A DNA stretch of 40,000 bases from positions 1-40,000 of the forward strand of contig NZ_JBDLLG010000018.1 of NCBI RefSeq assembly GCF_039822625.1, read 5' to 3'. The notes beneath the pieces were generated by a model. That model was not told the DNA's origin. It did no database searches and was given only the letters and a program-made list of their open reading frames with translations. Each line of letters starts with the position of its first letter. The stretch's first letter is position 1. Positions 29,001 through 37,554 of this stretch are shown piece by piece. The stretch comes from Marinimicrobium locisalis (GTDB lineage Bacteria; Pseudomonadota; Gammaproteobacteria; Pseudomonadales; Cellvibrionaceae). The position numbers were made by a program, and so were the translations under genes.

Positions 29001-30800
29001 AAGCGCCACCCGACCGGCGCCACCGGCGTGCTCACTAAGCACCGCGCGCCCCTCACTATCGTATGCGTAGGTGGCATGGCGCTCACCATCTTCATCAATG
29101 ATACCGGTGATATTCCGAGGGTTATCTGGGTCTTCGAACAGATACTGCCGGCGCGGATTATCGGACGAATCGTTAGTCGTGTCATCCGGGTAGATTACGG
29201 TAGTCAGGTTGCCGAGGCTGTCGTATTGATAGCGGAAGACGTGCCCTTCTGGAGTCGTGATAGCGACTACCCGATAACCGCCACTTTTCCATGCTCGCTC
29301 ATACACCATGGATCGACCGCGTTCATCGGTTATCTCCTGGCGTCGAATGTTGCCCTCGACGGTCCACGAACTCCCATTCGGCTCGTTCATAGACCTTAGG
29401 CCATTAGAAGCGTGAATAACGAGAACTCTGCCGCCGGCCATCTCATAGCGATATAACCGGGTTTCCGGATAATAGCTAAGGACTTCTCCCTCGGCATTGC
29501 GGTATTCAGAGGTCGCTGAAAAGCCACGGTAGTCGTCAGTCACGAAAACGTCGACTCGATTACTGGGGAAACGCAGCTTCACGGCACGAAGCTTTCGATC
29601 CCCCCATTCCATGCCTACATTGACATGCTCCACTTGGTAATCCAACGACCAATTCCATCCTGCCTCAGTTTCTGAGAAACGGTTAGGAAGCCTCTGTGCG
29701 CTCGGATCATCACGATGAGCATAGAGATTCCGATCACGAACCGACTCGCGAACGCGACGACTACTATACGTGCGCATGATGCTGAGACCATCGGGAGCGA
29801 AGTAATCAGTCTCGTGCTGCACTTTCGCTCCAGTGATACAGGAGATCGGGTTGCCCACCAACGAACTGGCGCTATCCCCGAGCCCAGAACTACCCGAGCC
29901 TGAAGCAGAGGTGCTCTCAGAGCAGGGCTGATAAGGAATATCATCCACCTGACACAGTTCCGGCGTACGGTGAAGGCGCGCCACACCAAGCTTGCGATTA
30001 AACTCCCAATAGGGCTCGTGGGGGATATTCTCGCAGTAGGGAGAACCCGCTACGATCTGATAACCACAACCACAAACGTCAAAATAAGCATTGAAAGGTA
30101 CCTTTCCATGGTGATAGATGTAACCGGTATTGCCCTCATCGTCGACATATATAGAACGCGCGGCACAACTGTAGGGTAAGTTCGCAACTGTCCTTCCGTG
30201 GGAGTCAACAGAGCTTTCTGCTCTGTTCCAATCGATTTCGATCACGACTTGACCTTCTCCGCCCCACTCCTCGTGCTTGTTGTGACAGGCTTCTCGAATT
30301 GCATCTACTGCAGTTGTTGATAAAACACTTGCGCTGGCACGCCAGCCAGTTTTAACTCCATCCCCCTCGGGAAGCGCCACTGTAGTACCTTGATGAATCA
30401 CTTCTTCCGAAATGGCCGGATAACTTGAGACAGCACAAAAAATGACGAATACCATCCAGGCCACACGAGAGAGCGCTCTGGATCTATGGCGAAAATGCGC
30501 ATCATGAGGGCACCGATCCCCCACCCCCCAGAACTGTGCCCCTGCTCTCTCCGCCCAGGCCAGAGGCTCCTGCTTGCGAGGACTCCACTTGATCACGAAA
30601 TTCTCTTGTCCCTGTTTACATAAACGCTTTCGGTTTTCACTAGGATCATTGGCGCTGTCCAGACGAAACTCTATCGATGCCCCCGTCAAAATTCGGGCAC
30701 GAGGGATGATCTGCCTTATCGCATTCAACAATCCGTTACTGGCAAAAGGGCCGTCGGAACGAGCAAAACAAAAACTCCATTTCTTTGTCGACATCGTCAA
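26052..30800 (-). CDS. Rhs / YD-repeat polymorphic toxin with a variable C-terminal toxin domain
   Basis: Dozens of YD repeats (YxYDxxGNL/R). N-terminal plug-like [18 protein letters not shown]. Rhs core end ...[13 protein letters not shown]...[59 protein letters not shown], followed by a 108-aa tail. The start is uncertain. The ATG at 30794 has an AAGGA SD. The ATG at 30455 would instead give a signal-peptide-like N-terminus ([18 protein letters not shown]). Confidence 0.9.
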   Translation of the reverse strand: [1582 protein letters not shown]

Positions 30801-30942
30801 AATCCTTATAAAATATTAATCGAGCTATGATGGTTTCTGGTGTATGACCTGAAAAAAAGCGGTGCATCCTGTTGTTTAATCCTAGTAGATCAAAAGCCAA
30901 CACGGGGAGATACTCCCCGAGTCTGACGGTAATATACTCGAC

Positions 30943-31227
30943 TTAAAAACGCAAGCTCAAGACGCGCTGAACGACCTGCTGAAGCACGGCGCCCAGCAGT
31001 TGCTATCCAAGGCCATTGAGACGGAACTGGCAGAGCTTTCGGAGCAGTTATTCAGACCTCCGCGTGGAGGACAATCTGGCAGTGGTGTGTGCAATGGCTT
31101 TTTGCCTGAGAGAACTGTGCAGACCGGGGCTCGGAGACGTGCCAGTCAAGGTCCCCAAAAGTAAGCGACCGATCCGGCAGCGGCATCAAGTTCAACAGGA
31201 GCCTGACTCCGCCGCACCTCAATCTCA
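30943..31227 (+). pseudogene. Frameshifted N-terminal fragment of an IS256/Mutator-family transposase
   Basis: Homologous segments are spread over three frames: LNDLLKHGAQQLLSKAIETELAE / CNGFLPERTVQTG / LGDVPVKVPK / SGSGIKFNRSLTPPHL. Compare family N-termini of the type ...VVRNGYLPER.IQTG.G.V.VK.PKVRDRSG.GIKF.S.L.PPYLR. No catalytic domain follows. Confidence 0.7.
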
Positions 31228-32196
31228 CTAACCCGAATATTTCATCAATAAGCTACCCGGTGTGCGTGATTGCTTAGAGGCGCTGCTGAGCAACAGCATT
31301 ACCTGGCGGGTATTTCGAATGACTACACCACCGATTTTCAATAGCTTCAAACGGATGGTGCCGACCTGGACCGAGACCCACTCGGTGCCCGCCAGCGCCA
31401 AGTTACGCAGTCGTTCCACCAGCGTATAGGCCATTGCGGACAGTAGAAGGGAAAACTGATTGGGCCACCACTCATGGCAGGAGATTCGGCCAGAGAACAG
31501 GAGTTGCTGCTCCTTGATCCGGTTTTCAGTATCGCCTCGTGCGCAGTAGACTTTGGTGCAGAGGTGTTTGTCGCTCTGTTTGAGGTTGGTGACTACAGAC
31601 CGGAGGTTCACATTGCTCAGCGCGGTTCCACGATTACGGTTTCTGTGCTGAGCAGGAACAATCCGGCGCATTTCCTGAGAATAGTGCCGGTTCAAAAGCT
31701 CATAGGCTTCGGTTACCTCCTGACGAAGTTGGATCTTCTGAGCACCGGCCACACGGCCAACCTTGTTGTGCCGGTGCAGTTTAATCAGCGCCTGCTGGTA
31801 TTGAATCAGGGCGTTCTGAAAGCTGGTGGTGCGGCCCTGGGCGGCTGCCACACCCACACCGGCAACGCCGTTGACGTCCGCAGGGGAGGGTAGCTCAAAA
31901 TTGGCCAAGTGGCGCTCGTAGAATTCGGCCATAGCGTGAACATCCTCACCATAATTCGCCACGCATTGGTCCAGGTTTTGGCGAGCGGTCATCGGCAGGC
32001 TGTTGAACTGTTGTGTCACTATCTGCGAAGCGAGAGAGGACGAAGAGGATGTATTGTATGCGAAGTACCCAGACATCGTCGTATTTCCATTGGAAACCTG
32101 AGGGTTACAGCTTAAAAACTGCTCCAGAGTTTCCGGGTCCTGCTGGCAAAGCTGATTGGCGTTGGCAGGGGTCCGTGAAAAGCGGATATCCGGCAT
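31228..32196 (-). pseudogene. Chimeric ORF: 5' about 210 codons of an unknown gene fused in frame to a C-terminal fragment of an IS1380-family transposase
   Basis: Good SD (AAGGAG, 7 nt) before the ATG at 32196. The last ~110 aa (VYCARGDTENRIKEQQLLFSGRISCHEWWPNQFSLLLSAMAYTLVERLRNLALAGTEWVSVQVGTIRLKLLKIGGVV) match the conserved C-terminus of IS1380 transposases. The junction is near 31560. The N-terminal part has no motif I can assign. Confidence 0.65.
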
Positions 32197-32593
32197 GGTA
32201 AAGCTCCTTGATCGTTCCCTAAGGTGAGGAGGAGCGCGCTCTCCTCCCTAACATTATTAGAATACTATGATTAGCGTCTTTGCAAGTCAATTCACCGGAA
32301 GGCCCTAATTTTCATCTGTGAACGGGCTCACACTTTTCGCCGTGATAACGTGGCAACAAGCAAACCGTCACCAACTCCTGAAAAGCCTCTACTACCTTAC
32401 TACCTTGGGCAGCACCTCCTTCGGTTTCGGGCGGGCGGCTTACCGACTTCATAGCCCCTTGTACGATCAGAACCTCTACGGTCTACTGTGTTGCCTGGAA
32501 GCAACTACTTTGGCGGGGACACTGGAAAGGGGGTTAGGCGCGTCTCCTTTAGACATACTTTGGGTCACAACAACGAATCACTTTGCACTAGTT

Positions 32594-32612
32594 AATGTTA
32601 TGTTATAACATT
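32594..32612. promoter_or_regulatory. Zur-box-like operator upstream of the dksA2-type operon
   Basis: AATGTTATGTTATAACATT is an 18/19 match to the palindrome AATGTTATAWTATAACATT and contains the perfect 12-bp palindrome ATGTTATAACAT (32600-32611). It lies 70 bp upstream of the dksA2-type start. The downstream genes are classical Zur-regulon members. Confidence 0.65.
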
Positions 32613-32681
32613 ACTAACTTAAATAATGCCCAGTTTCACCCGCAACATGACGCTGGTAGACGTCAAAAGTAGGCAAAAATT

Positions 32682-33092
32682 ATGGCGGTTACAGAAGAAT
32701 GGCTGACCCTGGCCTCTGACGAAGAGTATATGAACGCCAACCAACTGGCCTTTTTTCGGGACAGGCTCTTGAAGCTGAGGGGGGAGAGTCTCCTTACCAT
32801 TGAGGCCACCCAACATAGTCTCGTCCAACGCCCGGAGCTAGACGACAGTGCCGAGCTGGCTCAGTACGAGGAGGAGTCGTGGCTCACGCTTCGCATCATT
32901 GAGCGCGAGGCAAAGCTGGTGAAAAAGATTGATTCCGCCCTGGCGCGCATTCGTCGGGGAGCCTATGGCTACTGCCTCGCCAGTGGCGAGCCGATTGGCA
33001 TTCAGCGGCTTCTGGCCCGGCCTACCGCCGAGTATTGCGCAGAAGTCAAAACGCAAATTGAAGAACAGGAAAAGCACTATGGCAAACGTTGA
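32682..33092 (+). CDS. dksA2: DksA-family protein of the zinc-independent DksA2 type (C4 zinc finger degenerated)
   Basis: DksA/TraR C-terminus [28 protein letters not shown]. Only the first Cys of each CxxC pair is kept (CLAS...CAEV), as in the Zur-regulated DksA2 of Pseudomonas. Confidence 0.75.
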   Translation: MAVTEEWLTLASDEEYMNANQLAFFRDRLLKLRGESLLTIEATQHSLVQRPELDDSAELAQYEEESWLTLRIIEREAKLVKKIDSALARIRRGAYGYCLASGEPIGIQRLLARPTAEYCAEVKTQIEEQEKHYGKR

Positions 33093-34299
33093 AAGAAGGC
33101 TTCCCGTCACGGTTCTCTCCGGCTTTCTGGGCGCCGGAAAGACCACGGTGCTGAGCCATGTTCTGAACAACCGCGACGGCCGCCGGGTGGCGGTTATCGT
33201 CAATGATATGAGTGAAATCAACATCGACGCGGCGGCCGTACAGAGCGAGGTTCAGTTGAACCGCAGCGAGGAAAAGCTGGTGGAAATGAGCAACGGCTGC
33301 ATCTGCTGCACGTTGCGCGAAGACCTGCTCCTGGAGGTCCGCCGCCTGGCTCAGGAGGGGCATTTTGACTACCTTCTGATTGAGTCCACCGGGATTTCCG
33401 AACCCCTGCCCGTGGCCGAGACGTTTACCTTCGCGGATGAAGAAGGCAACAGCCTCTCCGATGTCGCGCAGCTGGATACCATGGTGACGGTCGTGGACGC
33501 CGTGAATTTCCTCAAGGATTACGATGAGGCCAAGTCACTGCAGGAAACCGGCGAACATTTGGGCGAAGAGGACCAGCGCAGCGTGGCGGAGCTGCTAGTG
33601 GACCAGGTCGAATTCGCCGATGTGATTCTGATCAGCAAGACCGACCTGGTGAATAAGCCAACCTTACAGCGTTTGGAAGCCGTACTCAGAACGCTCAACA
33701 CCGAGGCGGAAATCATCGCCATCGAGCACGGCGAGGTGAATATCGACAAGGTATTGGGCACAGGCCACTTCAGTTTCGAAAAAGCCCAGCAAGCACCGGG
33801 CTGGCTGAAGGAAATGCGCGGCGAGCATGTCCCGGAAACCGAGGAGTACGGTATCGGTAGCTTTACCTACACCGCGCGCCGCCCCTTCCACCCGCAGAAG
33901 TTCCACGCCTTTCTTCACGGCGACTCCATCACCGGAAAGCTGATTCGCTCCAAAGGTTACTTCTGGCTCGCCAGTCGGCCAGAGTTTGCCGGCCAGTGGA
34001 GTCAGGCGGGAGGCATGGCGCGGTACGGTTTCGCGGGAATGTTCTGGAATGCGGTTCCAAAGGAAAATTGGCCGGACGATGAAGAGTACCTAGCCTCCAT
34101 CCAACAGCAGTGGGAGGAGCCTTTCGGGGATATGCGCCAGGAACTGGTTTTCATTGGTCAGGGCCTGAATCGTCAGCAGTTTACCCAAGCGCTGGATAAC
34201 TGCCTGCTCAATGACGAGGAGCTGCACAGTGGCCCCGAGCAATGGGTGACCCTTCCCGATCCTTTCCCCCAATGGACCCAGCCCGCCGCTGAAGAATAA
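33079..34299 (+). CDS. COG0523-family (CobW/ZigA/YeiR-like) metallochaperone GTPase
   Basis: P-loop GFLGAGKTT, metal-binding [10 protein letters not shown], Walker B-like LLIESTG, and a CobW_C-like C-terminal domain. The start MANVERR at 33079 overlaps the dksA2-type stop. The longer track ORF (32929) is out of frame with dksA2 and unlikely. Confidence 0.85.
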   Translation: MANVERRLPVTVLSGFLGAGKTTVLSHVLNNRDGRRVAVIVNDMSEINIDAAAVQSEVQLNRSEEKLVEMSNGCICCTLREDLLLEVRRLAQEGHFDYLLIESTGISEPLPVAETFTFADEEGNSLSDVAQLDTMVTVVDAVNFLKDYDEAKSLQETGEHLGEEDQRSVAELLVDQVEFADVILISKTDLVNKPTLQRLEAVLRTLNTEAEIIAIEHGEVNIDKVLGTGHFSFEKAQQAPGWLKEMRGEHVPETEEYGIGSFTYTARRPFHPQKFHAFLHGDSITGKLIRSKGYFWLASRPEFAGQWSQAGGMARYGFAGMFWNAVPKENWPDDEEYLASIQQQWEEPFGDMRQELVFIGQGLNRQQFTQALDNCLLNDEELHSGPEQWVTLPDPFPQWTQPAAEE

Positions 34300-34312
34300 C
34301 CTAGGAGGTTAC

Positions 34313-34705
34313 ATGCGAAACGTACAAACCATCACCGATAAAACCGCCATCGGGTTGTCCACACTTTGTGCGATCCACTGCCTGATGCTGCCTGTCGCCA
34401 TTGTCATGCTACCTTCTTTGTTCGCCACCTCATTAGGTGACGAAAGCTTCCACCAGTGGCTTCTGCTGGCGGTAATACCCAGTAGCGCGACTGCCCTGAC
34501 CCTCGGGTGTCGGAGACATGGTCGCTGGGGGGTGGTCACCACCGGTGTTCTGGGTTTAAGCGTGCTGGTATTCACCGCCTTTTTCGGGCACGACCTGTTG
34601 GGCGAGACCGGCGAGAAGATTGCCAGCGTGGTGGGAGCGGCGCTGATTGTTGCCGGGCATCTGAAAAATCACCTCGCCTGCCGGAAAGGTTATTGTACAA
34701 CGTAA
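34313..34705 (+). CDS. MerC-domain-like small membrane protein (about 4 TM)
   Basis: Strong SD (TAGGAGG). STLCAIHCLMLPVAIVMLP with a CxxxC-type Cys pair in TM1 resembles MerC-family proteins. A C-terminal Cys pair (ACRKGYC) is present. Confidence 0.55.
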   Translation: MRNVQTITDKTAIGLSTLCAIHCLMLPVAIVMLPSLFATSLGDESFHQWLLLAVIPSSATALTLGCRRHGRWGVVTTGVLGLSVLVFTAFFGHDLLGETGEKIASVVGAALIVAGHLKNHLACRKGYCTT

Positions 34706-34906
34706 AACTGAAGTCGTTTACATAGATATCTAGCGCCAAGTGAAGCAAGAGCTTGAGACACTCACCATGTTCTACAAAATCAGCAGCGAGTACAGCATGT
34801 ATAAAAATCACAGTGGGTATCGTCATCGATTCCTTGATGCTAGGGCCGCCGAAATGTATCAAGCACGTCGGCGCCAACGGCATTGTGACTTACTCTTGCC
34901 AAAAAG

Positions 34907-36574
34907 GTGGCGGGGAACTTAAAAGCAGATAAAGCCGAAAGCACCTTCACCCACAACTGCCCTGAGGCCATCGTGCTAGCTTATCTTATCCGTCAATCCC
35001 GCCCACTATTGATGGCCGCCTCCGCCGCTAGCGTAATATCTGGGATATGCGGCGTTCTTATGATTTCCAGAATCAACGTCGCAATCACGACAGAACACCA
35101 TTCCAAAGCTCTAATCTGGAGCTTTTTTGGGCTGATAGTGCTGTTAATGCTTTGTCGGATTTTATCATCGGCACTGTTCGAGCGCTTGGCTCAGCATGCC
35201 ATGGCGGAACTACGGCGCTACATATCAGGAAGGGTTTTGGCAGCTGAACTGCGGCAACTGGAGGAAATAGGGAGCGCCAAAATACATTCCGCACTAAGCG
35301 AGCATTGCTCAAGTGTCGTCCAGTTTTTCGTTACCCTACCCTCTCTATTGAATAACTCGGTGGCTGTTGTTGGATGTATGGCCTACATGGCGCTACTTTC
35401 ATGGCAGATATTTTTGGCCGCGTTGGTCATGGTTGGGTTAGGATCCCTGGGCCACTATCTGGCACAATTAAAGGCAATAGAGTTTCTAAAAAAAGCCTCT
35501 CACGAGCAAGATCGGCTGTTTGGGCACTTCAGGGCTCTTACCGATGGAGCGAAGGAGTTGCGTCTCAATGCTCGCAAACGCCGCATGTTCGGTAACGAGC
35601 TTTTGGGTCAATCAATCGAGGAAGTCCGCAAAAACCGCACAGCAGGCGCCTCGATTTTTATGGTTTCCTCCAGATGGGGAAACTTTCTAATTTATGCGTT
35701 CATTGGATTAGTGTTGTTTGTACTCTCAAAAAACATCCCCAATCGAGCCGAGGTGATGACAGGGTTCGCATTGGTATTTTTTTACATGATGGGACCTTTG
35801 GAAGGGCTATTAAGTGCCATCCCCCGCGCCAAAGTTTCCGGAGTGGCCGCCAATCGAATTGAAGCGATTGTCAGCGACATGCCCGAAACCGAATCGATGT
35901 CAACGTTAGCTCATCCAGATCGCTCATTTACTTCTTTACAACTTAAATCGGTGACCCATCGTTATTATCATGAACGAAGCGATGAACTGTTCGAGCTCGG
36001 GCCTATCAACTTGGAGTTTCAGCCAGGAACGGTTACCTTTCTGGTGGGTGGCAATGGCAGTGGCAAAACAACTTTAGCAAAACTAGTGACGGGGCTCTAT
36101 ACTCCGGAATCCGGCAATGTTTTCCTTAATGGCGTGCCGATAGCTGACTCCAGCCGCGATGACTACCGTCAGTTATTTTCCGCTGTGTTCTCAGACTTCC
36201 ATTTATTTGAACAGTTATTGGAGGTGCATCGCTCTAATCTCGACGAAGCAGGAAACCGACTGCTGCACCGGCTACATCTACACCATAGGGTTAAAGTCAA
36301 CGACGGTGCTTTTACCACCCAGTCTCTTTCTCAGGGGCAACGTAAACGTCTGGCTCTTGTGACAGCTCACCTGGAAGACCGACCTTTCCTGGTGTTTGAT
36401 GAGTGGGCTGCAGATCAGGACCCTACGTTTAAAGAAGTGTTTTATCGGGAGCTGTTACCCGAGCTTAAATCTGAAGGAAAGACCGTTTTGGTGATCTCCC
36501 ATGATGACCGCTATTTTCACCTAGGAGACCGGCTGCTGACGCTGGAGAACGGAAATCTGACCACAGTACCCTGA
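34907..36574 (+). CDS. Cyclic-peptide-type ABC exporter (fused TMD-NBD, YojI/McjD-like): candidate lasso-peptide exporter/immunity (D)
   Basis: Six predicted TM helices followed by an NBD with Walker A GGNGSGKTT, signature LSQGQRKRLAL and Walker B LVFDEWAADQDP. The DEWAADQD variant is typical of cyclic-peptide exporters. The start may be the GTG at 34973, which has GAGG 5 nt upstream. Confidence 0.8.
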   Translation: MAGNLKADKAESTFTHNCPEAIVLAYLIRQSRPLLMAASAASVISGICGVLMISRINVAITTEHHSKALIWSFFGLIVLLMLCRILSSALFERLAQHAMAELRRYISGRVLAAELRQLEEIGSAKIHSALSEHCSSVVQFFVTLPSLLNNSVAVVGCMAYMALLSWQIFLAALVMVGLGSLGHYLAQLKAIEFLKKASHEQDRLFGHFRALTDGAKELRLNARKRRMFGNELLGQSIEEVRKNRTAGASIFMVSSRWGNFLIYAFIGLVLFVLSKNIPNRAEVMTGFALVFFYMMGPLEGLLSAIPRAKVSGVAANRIEAIVSDMPETESMSTLAHPDRSFTSLQLKSVTHRYYHERSDELFELGPINLEFQPGTVTFLVGGNGSGKTTLAKLVTGLYTPESGNVFLNGVPIADSSRDDYRQLFSAVFSDFHLFEQLLEVHRSNLDEAGNRLLHRLHLHHRVKVNDGAFTTQSLSQGQRKRLALVTAHLEDRPFLVFDEWAADQDPTFKEVFYRELLPELKSEGKTVLVISHDDRYFHLGDRLLTLENGNLTTVP

Positions 36575-36578
36575 AAGG

Positions 36579-37505
36579 CTACAACGAAGGCACCGACGAC
36601 TTCTGCAGGTCCAATTTGGCTTTAAGAACAGATGTCTTACGAATTACGGGAACGACCCGTGCCAGACGATCATCGACATAATCTTTGAATAATGGCGGTC
36701 GCGGCGAGTCGAGATAAAACTGTCGATCCTGCTTAACGGCAGCAGGCAACAAAAAGTCTGACACATCCGCCTCGGACGCATCCATCAAAAGGCAAGGCAC
36801 GTAACAGAAACCCAGCTCGCGCAATGCATATACGCGGTGTGAGCCATTGGTCAGGATAATTCGACTACCCGAACGCGTGGCGCTGATCACGTTGTCGCTG
36901 AATCCTACATACATCACGATCGCATGGCTTGCCGCGCCAACGGGGCTGAAGTTTTGAATTGCATCCGGTTCGAGTGTTACGACGTCCAGAAAACGCAGGT
37001 CATTTGACGCCGAAGTGAACATATAACCGCCATCGGATTGTGTGCACCGAACGGTGGGATGCGAGTGGGTACCGCGGCAAGAAACAAGATCGATAACATC
37101 CTGAGCACTCGGGTCAGACACAAGGGAGGTCTGAATCTTTTCAACGTGACGCAAATTGATGGATTCCTGAAAAACGACCAGCCGATCAATCTCCACCATG
37201 CACCAACGTCGCGGTACCAGTGAAGCAACCCTTTGCATTGAGGGTTGCCGCAGCACCTCCTCCGCCAGAGGTTTCATTTCTTCCGAAAGTTCGCGCACAC
37301 CAATGCTATCGGCGACACCAGCTTCCTCATCCATGACTTGTAAAGCTACGGCGCGCGCTTCTCGCCACTCAGCCACCAAAGCGGGGTCCTCAAAGCTCCT
37401 GGGAGAACATCGCTCCCGGATAAAGCGTATGAATTGGGGTAATGGAAATAACCCCTTAATCACTATGGTCGGATTGCTACCTTCGTCACCCATCCCGGTG
37501 TTCAT
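36579..37505 (-). CDS. Orphan 308-aa protein of unknown function, divergent from the lasso precursor
   Basis: Long clean ORF with coding-like composition. I recognise no family. The only hint is RIILTNGSHRVYALRELGFCYVPCLL, which resembles the (D/N)GxHR...G...VP motif of ParB/sulfiredoxin-fold proteins. A Zur-type box lies 50-65 bp upstream of its ATG. Confidence 0.6.
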   Translation of the reverse strand: MNTGMGDEGSNPTIVIKGLFPLPQFIRFIRERCSPRSFEDPALVAEWREARAVALQVMDEEAGVADSIGVRELSEEMKPLAEEVLRQPSMQRVASLVPRRWCMVEIDRLVVFQESINLRHVEKIQTSLVSDPSAQDVIDLVSCRGTHSHPTVRCTQSDGGYMFTSASNDLRFLDVVTLEPDAIQNFSPVGAASHAIVMYVGFSDNVISATRSGSRIILTNGSHRVYALRELGFCYVPCLLMDASEADVSDFLLPAAVKQDRQFYLDSPRPPLFKDYVDDRLARVVPVIRKTSVLKAKLDLQKSSVPSL

Positions 37506-37526
37506 ATGTGCCCCAGCCTGTAGTTA

Positions 37527-37554
37527 TTGAATGTAAATTTGCTATCTTTATAGT
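37527..37554 (+). promoter_or_regulatory. Putative sigma70 promoter of the lasso precursor operon (TTGAAT-16 nt-TATAGT)
   Basis: TTGAAT at 37527-37532 and TATAGT at 37549-37554. The -10 element abuts or overlaps the Zur-type box. Confidence 0.4.

Noticed and set aside
32318-32608. 96-aa plus-strand ORF
   Set aside because: It has no SD, starts at a GTG, has non-coding-like composition, and its 3' end runs through the Zur-type operator. This is more likely promoter or intergenic DNA.
34740-34922. 60-aa ORF between the MerC-like gene and the ABC exporter, considered as an alternative lasso precursor
   Set aside because: GTG start without an SD. It has no Thr(-2)/Gly-Ala-Ser-Cys(+1) junction with an Asp/Glu at core position 7-9. 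It also overlaps the exporter start.
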